NCBI RefSeq assembly: GCF_018977255.1 | Contig: NW_024704742.1 | Location: 9,860,001-9,924,000 of the forward strand | Direction of reading: 5' to 3' | Origin: Callorhinchus milii | Lineage: Eukaryota | DNA length: 64,000 bases | Part shown: in pieces, positions 38,369 through 52,104 of the stretch | How positions within the stretch are numbered: the stretch's first letter is position 1 | Layout of the letters: the number at the start of each line of letters is the position of its first letter | The notes under the pieces: generated by a model | Database searches by the model: none | What the model saw: the letters and a program-made list of their open reading frames with translations, nothing else | Told to the model about the DNA's origin: nothing | Made by a program: the position numbers and the translations under genes

Positions 38369-39959
38369 CATAGACCTTGTTAAACACCAACACTGCTGAT
38401 TTGAAATATATATATATATATATAATATATATTTTCAGTCTGAAAGCCTGAACATATGCAAGCAATAAGGTTCCCACTCACCAGGAAGTGCACTTTCTAA
38501 TGAATATGTATGTGAGTCTCAGAGAAGGTTAGGTTCTCAAGCTGGTGAAATAAAGTAATCTGCGCTCATTAGGAGCACTAAACCCAGCCAGAAAATGAAA
38601 TGAAAAGCAACGACATTAATCCTCAAACAATTATATCATTGAAGATAAACTCGGACAAATATGATGGCACAACATCATCAGCGACCAACTAGACACCGAC
38701 AAACACAGACACGCCAACAGTAATTCGAATATCAGGGTCATATCCAGGGGTAAATGCATTTGAAATAGCGCCCTATGCAGTCGCTGTGATGTCAGAAAGC
38801 GCCGATCAGGATTTTACTGTGAAGTGTAGTGACTGTGTAATTTGTAAGCAAATGCAGTAGCCAATTTGATCCCATTAATGTCCCAGGAAAAAGTCGCACC
38901 TCTTTTCAAATAGTGCCATGGGGGTCTTTATCCACGACAACTTGCACTTATATAGCGCCCTCCACGCAGAGTAGCATAACAGTGGCGGAGCCTGACTCTA
39001 AGCCCGGGGGAGTGGGGGAGGGGATGAAGGTGGGTGTAGGGAGGCAGCCGTAAGCACAGAGTCGTAGAGGAAGGTTTTCTGGCAGGACTTGAAAAAGGGG
39101 AGAGAGGGGGCAAGACGGAGGGTTGCCATCAACCTTTCCACTGAAAAAAACATTCCAATATCAAAATGTCCAACAAGGCAACACCTCCACCACACACTCT
39201 CTCTCTCTTTCTCTCGCTCTGAACTCCCATATCTTCAATTCTATTCGTTCATTAAATCCAGAGGCCTGAAAATCCACCCTGTCTTAGCATCAAGATAATA
39301 ATGATCATCCTTGCATTTGATATAGTGCCTTATCACGTCTCAATCACAAATTATATTCACATACATACACAAGATATTCACGTATTCACGTCTCAAAGCG
39401 TTTCACGGAATATACTGTAAAGTGAATTGAGTGTATATTTCGTCGGCGAAACTCAGCAGCCAATTGCGCACAGCAAATTGTTTCTTTTTCTTTAAATTGG
39501 AGGAATTATTACACCCGGAAAAGTGATCCGCCAATCAGCTAACAACCAGATTCCTACTTACTGCTTGGTGAACAGAATTGTGTGGAGTAAGGAAACCTGC
39601 CCAACATTTCGCCCTGCCCAGGAATCAAAACCTGGTCCTCTTGCTTGTGAGGCGAGTTCTTTAACCACTGAACTATATACAATGGTCTTGAAATCTAAGA
39701 TTGCGGAGACATTGTTCTTAAGATAAGATCCTGTGAATTTTTAGCTGCTGAAGTCCAGGCACAAACGAGATTTACACATTTGTATCAGTGCTGTTTCAAA
39801 GAGAACAGAGACGTCCCCTACTGGTCAAATGCAAGAACACGCAAGGATTTCCTTCAGGTTCAAGTTGAAAAGTTTTACATTGTGGCAAATACAGAAGTTC
39901 ACAACAACAAAATTACATTTTAAAGCGCCTTTCACGTCGGGAGGACGTCCCAAGGATGG

Positions 39960-40333
39960 TGCATAATGTGGATGGTGAAGTGTCTGATACATGTGGGAAA
40001 TCCATCACATTGCTTAAGAGTATCCAAACCAAGCTGAGATTTCCACACATCCCACCGACACATGGAGATCCCAGAGATAGATTGTTGGAATGGAATGTGC
40101 ACTCTCTCCCTGGAGGGACACATCCTTATTATCTAATTCCAGAAAATATTAGGCGCAGGTTGGCAAGAGCCAAGACTTTGAGACCCCAGAGTGTACATTG
40201 GGGTAACTGCTGGAGTCTAACCAGCTAAATCTGCATAACTTGCCATTAATATTGCTTTCCGGCTGCTTGTCCAGCTAGGACCACCCTACTCGTGGGCTTT
40301 GGTTTAAAGAGTTAACAGGAGCTGAGTGGGATG
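39960..40333 (+). mobile_element. Diverged partial copy of the 1079-1622 element (interior plus right arm)
   Basis: Shares tggaatg..tgtgcactct, ttggcaagagccaag..gacccc..agtgt.cattggggta and agctgagtggga with 1245-1601. Confidence 0.75.
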
Positions 40334-41104
40334 ATTTGAGACGTCTCAACAACGTGATAAGGCACTGTAACAAATGCAAGGATTATTATATTATTATTCC
40401 CTGCCCCCAGTGACTGTTCCCCAGGGGGCTGACAGGAAATCAAATTAAACGTTGCCAATGATTTTGTCACTTTTGGTCAGAGATCCTACAAGGATGGTGA
40501 AGGGACACGACACTGACATACACAGATACTGCATATCTGCAAATATAACAGTCCTTGCATTTGATATAGGGCCTTATCATGTCTCCTAGACGTCTCAAAG
40601 CGCTTCACAGAATATACTATAAAGTGAATTGACTGTGTATTTTGTGGGCAAAACTCGGCAGCCAATTGCGCACAGCCGTGTCCCACAAACAGTCGTGGAT
40701 TGAAGTGACCAATTTATATTTTTATTTATTTGGACAAAATGAAGGAGCACATTGAGAAGCATGCTTTATTCAGAATGTAATCGGTGTTACGCTGGCTGTA
40801 GAGAGAGAATGGATTGTGCAGACAATGGGTGCAGGGAGTGGAAAACAATTTGATTCCCCAGGATTGACTTCTGCCTTTGAAGTGCAACGTAGGCAAAAAA
40901 GATAAATATGCTTCTTGTACAATTAGATTAACTCGCCTTCACCCATTTTATAAAAAACAAACTGTCAATCTTTAAGACGGATTGGTGAGATTCATGGGCT
41001 GTTTTGATACAGACCTCTCTGGCAGTGTGTTGCTGCTGCTAAAAGTAATCCCAATATTCCCCAGGAAAGCTGATAGTTCACAAGCATAAACAACATTTTT
41101 AACA

Positions 41105-41385
41105 CAAATTTAAAATAGTTTGCAAAAAAAACAGAGGGGAGGTGAGAACTTTTTTCACCCAGAGAGTTGTTCAGATCTCCAATGCATTGCCTGCAAGGGC
41201 GGTGGAAGCCGATTTGATAACAACTTTTAAGAGAAAAGTAGATAATTATTTGGGGAGGACAAGTTTGCAGAGCTATGGGGAGAGAGCGGGGGAGTGGGAT
41301 TAATTTGGAAGCTCTTTCAAGGAGCCAGCAGACACGATGGGCCAAACAGCCTCCTTCTGTGCTATAAAATTCTATGATTCTATGA
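41105..41385 (+). mobile_element. CR1 3' end fragment
   Basis: ttttcacccagagagttgt...gcagacacgatgggccaaacagcctccttctgtgct...attctatgattctatg. Confidence 0.85.
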
Positions 41386-41589
41386 TATGCAACAAGCTGT
41401 GTACACCAAACCACCTCAGGCAGGGCAAGAATAGTTAAATGTAAATAACCCTCAAAGTGTCTGGATGTGGCAGCCTCGCTTTCCTCAACTTTCCGCAACT
41501 CGCTCAAAGGTTCCAGTTAATAATAACATCAGCTTCTCTCAATTCCCTACCTCCAGAGACAGCTGAAGCACCACACGTTTCAGCAGCTC

Positions 41590-42355
41590 AGCAACGACAA
41601 CTTGCATTTATATAGCGACCTTCACGCGGGATGGCATCCCGGAGCGCTTCACAGTAGCGGTGTCTGACACCGAAGACAGGGGGAGAGGGAGGTGACTGTA
41701 AATACAATCAAAAGGAAGGTCTTTAAGCAGGATTTGATAATGGGGAGGGAGGGGGCAAGGCGAGGGATTGAGGGAGAGCGTTCCATAGTTTCAGCCATAG
41801 TGCCTGAAGGCACGACCACCGATGGTGGAGCGGAGGGCACAAGAGACAATAATAATAATAATAATCCTTGCATTTGATATAGCGCTTTTCACGTCAGGAG
41901 GACGTCCCAAAGCGCTTCACAGAACACACTGTAAAGTGAATTGACTGTATATTTGTGGGCGAACGCGGCAGCCAATTGCGCACAGCAATGTCCCACAAAC
42001 AGTCGTAGATTGAAAATGACCAATTTATTATTGTTTTTGGTTTTGGAGGGATTATTATTAGGCGTGTGGAGTATGGAAACTTGCCCAAGGTTTCGCCCTC
42101 TGCCTGGAATTGAACTCAGGTCTCTCGCTTGCAAAGCGAGTGCTGTACCCACTGAGCTACAGGACAAACAGGAGGCCGGAGCCAGCCGACTGGAGGCAAA
42201 GGGTGATGGAGTGGAGAGTAAGCAGGTTGGAGAGATAGGGAGGTGTGAGGGCATGAAGTGATTTGAAAACGAGTGAGAGGATCTTGAAGCCGATCCGTTC
42301 AATGATTGGGAGCCAGTGCAGCCTGGCAAGGACTGTGTGATGGGGTGAATCAGTC
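41590..42355 (-). mobile_element. L2 3' fragment (tail B) split by a young SINE
   Basis: [35 protein letters not shown]. The uninterrupted relative at 60440-60985 shows the two halves are contiguous. Confidence 0.88.
41848..42165 (-). mobile_element. Young tRNA-headed SINE (short subfamily)
   Basis: Near-identical to 5908-6227 and 45250-45575. Confidence 0.92.
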
Positions 42356-43164
42356 TCATACTTAGATGTGAATGTGAATCCTTTCTCCCCTACCCCCCCC
42401 ATCTAATGGCTGGCTCAAAGTGTGGTCCAGAAAGCCAAATAGCCAATGCAGGATGGCTTTGGACCTAACCACTGTGACCGAGTTGGGCCAGGGGGTGGGC
42501 TCACAACCATAGCTAGTGTCAGACGGGCCTCAAGTATATCCATCAATGAAGTTATCTCAATGATAACATCACATCACAATTTTCACTCCCATCATATCTC
42601 TGCTTACTCTTCAACATTCCAAATATTCATTCAGCTATTTTTTTCCAGGAGTCAAACAACACAGTTGATTAAAATTATGAAAGATTTGATAAGGTTTGTT
42701 TGTGAATCCGAACCAAAGGGAGCATAAATATAAGGAAAACGCATCAACATATTTAAGAGGAAACTTGATGCCTACACGAGGAGAAAGGGAATAGAGGAAT
42801 ATAGGAGAGGGGTATTGGAGGGCTGGAAGTTTATGTGGAGAATAAACACCAGCACAGACTAGTTGGACCAAATATCCTGTTTCCATGCTGTAATCGTTAT
42901 GTAACACAGATTGGATCTTCGTACCTATTTATTTCTCGATGAAGCATTAACAATGAACCTCTGCTGCTCTCACAGTGAATGCCCAATAGGCATGTTACTT
43001 CAACAATACAAATGTATTTTAAAGTAAAACAGACGGGTAGAAACAGATGGTTATCATCAATTTCATTGTACATTTAATAGACCTGCAATTTCACCCAACC
43101 TTAACCAGTTTTCAGTGAAAGCAAGGATGTCGACTTTTTCGTCAACAATCAGTTTGTGGACAGA

Positions 43165-43547
43165 GAATCGATTGCAAAACCCTCGTTCTCACCTTCAAGG
43201 CCCTCCACAGTCTTGCTCCACCTAACACTCCGACCTCCCAACCACATATTAGCCTGTCCGCTCCCTCTGCTCGGCGGACACCGACCTGCTCCAGGTCCCC
43301 TACAGTTCCCGCCCCACCGTTGGCGTCGGGCATTCAGCATCTCCGCTCCACAGTCTGGAACTCTATCCCACAATCACTCTACCTCACCCCCTCTCTTGCC
43401 TCCTTCAAGTCCTGTATAACTAAAGACCTTCCTTGTTGACGTACCTTCAGCTACCCTTCCTCGGTCCAAAAATCCCTGACTGCCCACTGCCCAGGGATGT
43501 CTTTCTAATGTGAAGGGGGTTATACAAGTGTAATTTATTGTTGTTGT
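43165..43547 (+). mobile_element. Degraded L2 3' fragment
   Basis: ctcaccttcaaggccctccac...gggcattcagcatctccgctcc...tctggaactctatccc, followed by a (GTT)n tail. Confidence 0.8.
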
Positions 43548-44169
43548 AAAAACATTTTGTCTCAACATTTAAGGTGACAACCTGGAACAGATCATGAAAA
43601 GTGAATTGAGCAACAAGGCAACAGACAAAACAAGAGAACACATTGGAGTAGATACCTTACCCTGATATACCCCATGGCTCAACTATAGCTGCTCAACTAT
43701 GATAGACATGTTCACTGATGGAACTATTTCAGCTCACAAAAAATAGCAGAAACCCGAATACTCCAGCATCTCAACTTGAAAGACTGCTAAGCAAAGGTTA
43801 CTCAGTTACCATTCAGATATTGAGTTTCAAAAGGCTCTTGGAACAGCGAAATTGCAACGTAAACAGTGTCTCGGACCAGTAAAAGGATCTTAGGGATGTA
43901 AAGTGCATCTCGTATGTATACAAAATCATGAGAAATCAGTTCTTGCCCAATTTGACGGCAGTGTACTCTGGCAATGAAGGGATTGATTACAGGCATGACA
44001 ACACGATTGTGTATAGATTCAGAGCAGACTTCTCAAAGGCCTATGTGACATACATGATATTCCCAGGGCCTGACATGCCAAAAGCCCCATTTATGCATTC
44101 AGCCTGCATTTTGTGTTGTCTCAGCTGTGTCAAACACTTTAAGATGTCCTCCTGACATAAAAGGCGCTA

Positions 44170-44424
<255 letters not shown>

Positions 44425-44899
44425 TTAACCATAGATTACAAATAACATTAAAAATAGGACGACTATATAGAAACTGCAGCACTCCCTAAAATAGGCCTCA
44501 AGAGAAAAACAATATGGGGATTTCAGTCATGGTTAGCACCAAGTACCTTACACAGTGATTATACCATCAATAAAATCACCTGCTGTAAATGTTACTACAG
44601 CGGGTTGATTTATATCAAGCCTATTTGACATTTCCATCACCTTCTCTAACAGGGACTTCACTGGGACAATTCTCTTGCCAATAAATTTACTGACCACTGT
44701 TGTGGGAGCTGAAAACAAGAATATACAGCGAGTTTAAGCTCGGAAATCTATGAATTTATCGACCAACAGCGAATGCCTCCTCTCTCCCACCCAGTGCAAC
44801 AAATTAATCAGCGGGCAACTATGTGTAACATAGGTTAATCGATGGCAACTCGAGCTGGCCTCTCTATCCATGCTTAAACAAGGATTTCTGTTAAGTATA

Positions 44900-45178
44900 A
44901 TAATAATAATCTGTGCACTTGATATAGTGCCTTATCATGTCTTCTGAGACGTCTCAAGGCGCTTCACAGAATATACTGTGAAGCGAATTGACTGTGTATT
45001 TTGTGGGAGAAACGGCAAATTTGTGACTGTTTGTGGGACACTGCTGTGCACAATTGGCTGCCACGTTTCGCCCACAAAATACAGTCAATTCACTTCACAG
45101 TATATTCTGTGAAGCGCTTTGAGACGTCTTGAAGATGTGATAAGGCACTATATTGAATGCAAGGATTATTATTATTAT
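44900..45178. repeat. Head-to-head inverted pair of SINE 3' halves (fold-back)
   Basis: 44900-45017 is the reverse complement of 45059-45178. Confidence 0.88.
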
Positions 45179-45249
45179 CATCCACAATTTGGCAAATTCA
45201 GGGCGTTTTGGAGCATCCACAATTTGGCAAATTAACTGGTATTAACAGG

Positions 45250-45575
45250 TAATAATAATAATAATAATAATCCTTGCATTTGATATAGCGCTTTTCACGT
45301 CGGGAGGACGTCCCAAAGCGCTTCACAGAACACACTGTAAAGTGAATTGACTGTATATTTGTGGGCGAACGCGGCAGCCAATTGCGCACAGCAATGTCCC
45401 ACAAACAGTCGTAGATTGAAAATGACCAATTTATTATTTTTTTTTTTTGGAGGAATTATTATTAGGCTCTGTGTGGAGTAAGGAAACTTGCCCAAGGTTT
45501 CGCCCTCTGCCTGGAATTGAACTCAGGTCTCTCGCTTGCAAAGCGAGTGCTCTAACCACTGAGCTACAGGACTCC
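45250..45575 (-). mobile_element. Young tRNA-headed SINE (short subfamily)
   Basis: Intact head (ggagtcctgtagctcagtggttagagcactcgctttgcaagcgag), CpGs retained, (ATT)n tail. Confidence 0.92.
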
Positions 45576-46074
45576 ACTAATGAATGTTTAGTGTAAGCGA
45601 GCAAGATTTGCTGTACCCCAAAGTGAGCTGTCAAACCACAAGTCTCAGCTTTCATTTGAACAAAAACAAAAGGTGCAATTGGTGTACTAACAGCCCAGCT
45701 GCCATGCAAGTGGGAAGCTGCGGACAGGGATGGAACTTCAAGCGCTGTGCTTGATTTCTCCTAAAGTACAGAGACTGATTCATTAACTACAGTAACTCTG
45801 CATTGGGCTGTTTCTCTAGAAAAATGAGGCATGAATTTCTGGATGTGCTTTGATGATTGCCATGGGAACATTGGCAAAAAAAGGAATCTCCATGTAAAAA
45901 ANTAACATGAATGTTTAAACAGGGTGTGGATGGATTTTACTGGAGTATAATATTTAACTCAATTTTTTTTAAAACTAGCAGCATGGGGGAAAGTGAGGCA
46001 GGATCTAACAACAGAAAATGATGCTATAAATCTCCTGAAGCAGTTTGTTACATAGTATTAATGGGGGCAGGTTA

Positions 46075-46375
46075 GAGAAATTCTACCCACTCTACATTTA
46101 CCCTATTTTCGTGGCATTTTGGAGCATCCTCAGTTTGGCAAATTGTTGAATTCTGTCTTAACTTTGAAGATCGATACATTGTGATTCTGAGAATTTACAG
46201 GAAACGGACTTCAATATTGAAATACCATTTAAGAATTTGCCAAATTAAGGATAACAACAACAGCTTGCACCTTGCACCCTTCATGCAAAGTAGCATCTAG
46301 GACCACTTAAAGCACTTGTATGCTCTCAAATGCCAAAAAAGGAGGGTAAATCTAGACTGTGGTGAAATCCCCCTC
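46075..46375. mobile_element. Old palindromic MITE-like element interrupted by an L2 tail (~46253-46319)
   Basis: tctacatttaccc..tggcattttggagcatcctcagtttggcaaatt pairs with aatttgccaaattaaggat[insert]gctctcaaatgcca..gggtaaatctaga. Confidence 0.65.
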
Positions 46376-46754
46376 ATCCCCCATCCATCCAGTGTCCCAC
46401 AGACAAGAGGCCTGGCTGATATATGGTTTAGGATCAGGTGGCTCTATCTGCAATGTTTATGGGTCACTTCACCTCAGTGATATTGCATATAAGACCAAAG
46501 TCAAGAAGAAGTTGCCTTTTTTAATGTAAAGGCTATGATGGTGTAGCATGGATTGCACTGCTATCTGCCTCTGATTTCCCCCACCTGAGCTCTTTATAGT
46601 GTCAGGTTAAACCTAGCAAAAGACTCCCTGAAGGTCTCTTTGAGAATCATAAGACATTCCTTCACACTATGCAGCAGTCCATGTCCCATTTGTTCCCACT
46701 GTCCAGCAATCCATGTCCTACCACTCGGAGTTCTATGGATTTCATGTCCCATTT

Positions 46755-47047
46755 CCTGTGGCTCCGGCCTCCTGTTTGTCCCTCGTGACCTCCGCTCCAC
46801 CATCGGTGGCTGTGCTTTAAGTCACTATGCCCCAAAGCCCTGGAACTCTCTCCCTTAATCCCTCCGCCTTGCCCCCTCCCTCCCCACTTTCAAATCCCGC
46901 CTAACGACCTTCCTTTTTGATCGTGCTTACGTTCACCTCTCCCCTCCCTCTCCCCCGGCTCGGGGTCAGACTCCACCACTGTCAAGCGCTCCAGGACGCT
47001 ACCTCGCATGAAGGACGCTATATAAATTCGTTGTTGTTTTTGTTGTG
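46755..47047 (+). mobile_element. L2 3' fragment (tail B)
   Basis: GSGLLFVPRDLRSTIGGCALSHYAPKPWNSLP, with tail aagcgctccaggacgctacctcgcatgaaggacgctatataaat. Confidence 0.85.
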
Positions 47048-47736
47048 GAGCCATTATCATAAACCTCCATGGTTAGATCACCAGTCTTGGTGGTTTGGAC
47101 TTGGTGGCTAATGACAACTTTTCACCAAAGCGGCAGTGAAACAAAAGTGTTATGACATTTCCAATGTTAATGCACCGGAGGAAGGCAGGGGTTAGTCAGG
47201 GTTAATGGGAACACAGAAAAGAAGTGATTGAAGCAAAACTTACTGCCTAGCAGGCCAACCAAGCAAGCAAACAAGCAGAAGGTCCAGGGAGAGGGAGATG
47301 ACGATGGAGAGGAAACAGGTATAAAATTCCATTAGTACTTCATGCAGTGACTTTGTTCCTTCAACAGGCATGCAGCAATCTACTTTAACAACCCATGCAT
47401 TGAGGTCAAACACAGAGCCAAATCCTAAAGTATTATACACACTTGAGTCACTATGAAAACCTCATCTGCCCGAAAGCAGAACGAGATTTTTAATAGCCAT
47501 TGTTAAAATATATTTATATATCCACCAGAAGTTGCCTTCACTCAGTTCTGAGGCAAGAAATAGCAACGGCTGAGGAAATGCTGCTCATGTGTGTAACAAA
47601 ACTTAGCAAAACAGTCTTCAACACTGAGTGCAAATCATTTCTGCACAAAGGACTGCACTGAGGTCAGAGCAGTCACGAAGCTTCTCTGCTAGATTAGTGC
47701 AATTGTTTACCGCCACCACTGCTGGGATCGTTCTTA

Positions 47737-48110
47737 TTAAGAGCAGAGAAGGTTAAGAGGAGATTTAATCGAGGTGTTCAAAATTATGAGAGGTTTTGAT
47801 AGAGTAGATAGAAACTGTTTCCACTAGCAGGTGGGTCAATAACCAGGGCATATAGATTTAAGAAAATCAGAGAATTTTTTTTTACACACAGAGAATTGTT
47901 ACGTTCTGGAATGCATTGCATAAAAAGGTGGTGGAAACAGATTCAATAGCAACTTTCAAAAGGGATTGGAGAGGTAATTGAAAAGGAAAAATTAGCAGGG
48001 GTATGGGGAAAGAACGGGGGAGTGGGACTGATTGGGTAGCTCTTCTAAAGAGTCAGCACAGGCACGATGGGCCGAATGGCCTCCTTCCGTGCTATAATAT
48101 TCTATGATTT
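47737..48110 (+). mobile_element. CR1 3' fragment
   Basis: gagcagagaaggttaagaggagatttaatcgaggtgttcaaaattatgagagg (EQRRLRGDLIEVFKIMRG) with a CR1 3' UTR. Confidence 0.9.
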
Positions 48111-48996
48111 CATCTCAACTTGCAGACACGGAGACATTACAGGGAATGGGTTAGTCTCACAAAGGCCATGCTCTTTGAGCAGAATGACAGATGCCTTTTG
48201 CACTAAATGTACATGCAATACAGATGGAGTCATACTGGACCTGGGGGAAGGTCTGTGGGAAAGCACCAAACTGAGCAGCAGCTACAAAGAAATACAGACT
48301 TGCTATATGGACTTCATATAAACACCACGCACCAACTTAGAAACTGGAGAGTGATACACTGTTGGTGGCTCTGCTTTCAGCCTTGTCAGGAAATAATCAA
48401 ATGGAAAAGCTCTATGGTTTGTGGTACGCATCTCTTTGGTGCTGAGGGAACCCAATGGCGATACACAGCTGACAGCTTCCCAACTATACCTGCAGGGAAT
48501 CGCTGTGCATTTCTGTTCAGTTATTGTGCTGCTGGGGCTTTGAGAGGTAACATCAATCCACAATTGTTTGTGGGACACTGCTGTACACAGTTGGCTGCCG
48601 CGCTTCGCCCACAAAATACAGTCACTCCACTTTACAGTATGTTCCGTGAAGCGCTTTGAGACGTCTCAAAGACATGAAAAGGCATCATATCAAATGCAAA
48701 AATTATTATTGTTATTATAAGCTGCTGCTTTCCTCAAACAAAACCGCAGCTCGGTGGAGCCTGCTGTGTGAGGAAAGATATTGGTTCTCTCCTGGACATC
48801 TGGAAGGAATCCTGGTTGGAGTGGAGTCAGTGATGCGTGGGGGTGGGGGAAGAAAGACTATTTATAATTGAAACTGCCTGCCAGGGGGAGGAGAAAAAGG
48901 AAGAGGGGCAAAGCAAGTCAATCTCTTCCACCCCGCACATCCCAGCAGAGGACCTGTCACTTTCCTTGCCCTCTCCTTCAGGCAATGCAGGTAAAC

Positions 48997-49378
48997 TAAT
49001 AATAATAATAATCCTTGCATTTGATATAGCACCTTAACACGCCTTCGAGACGTCTCAAAATGCTTCACACAATATACTGTGATATGAATTGACTGTGTAT
49101 TTTGTGGATGAAACGCGGCAGCCAATTGCTCACAGCAGTGTCCTACAGACAGTCGTGGATTGAATGACCAAATTATTATTATTATTTTTGTTTTGAAGGG
49201 ATTATTACCCCCAGAAAGGCGATCCGCCAATCAACTAACAAACAGGTTCCTACTTGCTACTAGGTAAACAGAGGCGTGTGGAGTAAGGAAACTTGCCCAA
49301 TGTTTCGCCCTGCCTGGAAATCAAACCCAGGTCTCTCGCTTGCCAGGCAGTGCTCTAACCACTAAGCTACAGGACTCC
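48997..49378 (-). mobile_element. Full-length tRNA-headed SINE (long form)
   Basis: Head, central insert (tgtttacctagtag..gtaggaacc), Deu core and tail are all present. Confidence 0.9.
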
Positions 49379-50649
49379 AAACTAAGCCAGTGATCAGTAG
49401 AAAACTTCCACATTTCACAGGTATCAAGGCTGAAAAAAAACATTTTTTGTTGAAAACAAAACACACACAAAAACATATCCAAATCAGTCACATAAAACAA
49501 ATAAAGTAGGGCAAAAGGTTCCCCAAAATACAATGTAGTCGATGCCTCATGCACTCCATACTGAGAGTGGCAATACAGTGTGCCACCTGCAGGCAAAGCA
49601 GCTCAACTGCGCATCACTTTTGTCTTCGCTCATTTATTCCCTAATTTAGACAAAACAAACTTTATTTGAAGAGCTAGAGTTTAATGAGGAGCAGGTATAA
49701 CTTGCCCCATTTGGCCGCAGCCAAACCCTTCAATTAGATTTGATGTGATACGATCGAGAGCAAAATAACATGGACATGCAGTGTTAAAAAACATCCTTGC
49801 ATTTGCTGTGTTAATTGTGAAAAGGTTTCCTTTCAAATGGGGTATGCACACATATGCGCGGACACACTTTGCGCTAAGAATCAAAGTATGTTTTAACAGA
49901 AGTTTAACAGAAGTTGTGTTTTTATGCCCACGACCTAGATTAACATTTAAAAAGAATAATAAAAATAATAATCCTTGCATTTGATATAATGCCTTTCACA
50001 TAAGGAAGACTCGCTCCACAGGATTGAATGCAAACTATTTATAGTTAAATGCTGTAACCAATTTACACACAACAATGTCTCACAGATAGTCATAAAAAGG
50101 AATAATACATTTTATCAGGGTGGATTGTTGGCCAAGAAACTGGGAGAAATTCCCTTCTCGTTTTGAATAGTGTCATGGGATCTTTAACATCCATATGAAC
50201 AGAGAGACAGGACCTCAGTTTAACATCTCAACTGAAGAATGTCACCTCTGATAAGTGCCTATCCCCAGCAATTAACCCATAGGCAGTGCATTCAACAAAG
50301 AACCTACAGAGGTTATTTTGCTGAGTGAATTCCATGGCAAAAGAACCTATAAGAGTTATTTGGGGCATTAAGCCTTGTAATACTAATCCTTTTGGTACAT
50401 TTTGCCAAGTTAGTCCTTGCATGCTTATAAATAAGTCTAATGCAATTTTAGGAGTAGAATTTAATGTTGCACATTGAATCTCATGGTATTTAGAAATTAA
50501 AACTTTGTACCTGTTTTTATTTATAGGTCAACAGGAACTAATTAGTTAAACCTGTGAAATAGGAAATAACACTCTGTATCAGCCTGGCCTCTCGGGAGTC
50601 TCTTCGGCAGCATTTGCAAAACATGCACAAAGGCGATCACAGATGCAAA

Positions 50650-50886
50650 TCTAGCAGTAAGTAGGAACCCGGTTGTCAGTCCATTGGTGCATCGCTTTTC
50701 TGGGGATAATAATCCCTTAATAATAATAATTTTGTCAATCAATCCACGACTGTCTGTGGGACACTGCTGTATGTGTTTCACCCACAAAATACAATAAATT
50801 CACTTTACAGTATATTCTGTGAAGCGCTTTGAGACGTCTCAAAGACATGATAAGGCGCCATATCAAATGCAAGGATTATTATTATC
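50650..50886 (+). mobile_element. 5'-truncated SINE
   Basis: ctagcagtaagtaggaacccggttg...gaagcgctttgagacgtctc...caaatgcaaggattattatt. Confidence 0.88.
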
Positions 50887-51960
50887 ATTCCCTCTCTGCA
50901 CATAGTTTGCACAGTTTGCAAATTAGACTCCCTCCACTGTTTACAATGAGAGCTTGGGAACATTGAGAGGCTAAACGTGAATACAGGCTGCTCTGACCTG
51001 AGGAACAGAAACAGTAGATCGTTAATAATTCTAATGAAAAGAAGAGGAATGATGGAATTGAAAGAATGCCATTTCCATTACAGCTTTTTTTTGCTGTAAG
51101 AACTCAGGGCTGGCTAAACGGAATGACTCCCAGGCCTCAGAACTCCATCTGCTAGATGATTATTATTATTATAATAATCCTTGCATTTGATATAGCGTCT
51201 TATCACGTTGTTGAAATGTCTCAAACTGCTTCACAGAATATCCTGTAAAGTGAATTGACTATTTAATTAATTATCTCTGAAAAACCACCCGGCTAGCAGT
51301 GGGCAGGTCTGAAAACCATACCAAGATGTGGAGTAAGGGTCATCTTCAGCACAGATTGTTACTGGGTCAGTCAACTTAGGAGGGGTGGAGATGTAGGAAG
51401 AGAAGATTATGAGAGACACTTTATAATCAAGATGAGTGATGCAAATTACAAGCCCATTAAAAAGTTATGGATCTGCATCACTCAGAGTTACATATATCAA
51501 CATCAAAAGACTCTTTAGATCTGCAACCTGCCAGGATCTGACACATATGATTGTAGCAATGCACACAAATAGTACATCAAAATAAAATGGACACACAAGA
51601 CACTAAAAATCCAGACTAGCAAACAGGAATTATTGCCTTAGTCGAATTGTAAGATTCTCAAAGACAGCAAATCCCAAGGGGGCAAAGTCCAAAATAAGAT
51701 TGGATTAATGAGTAAAATTTTGGCTGTAGGGAACATGGCAACTGTCCATGGAACCTGCTTCAACATTTTCTTAGATCATGGCTGATATGCAACTTAATAC
51801 CCTTGGCTTCTCACCGTATCCCTTGATCCTACGTCCTATCAAACATCCTTGATCGTATTAGTCAATACCATAAATCGGGCTTACGATTCTCCTTTTTCCA
51901 GATCACTATATCATTACTAGACTCTCTTGATTCAATCAACAAAGCTCTTGGAAAGGCTCA

Positions 51961-52104
<144 letters not shown>

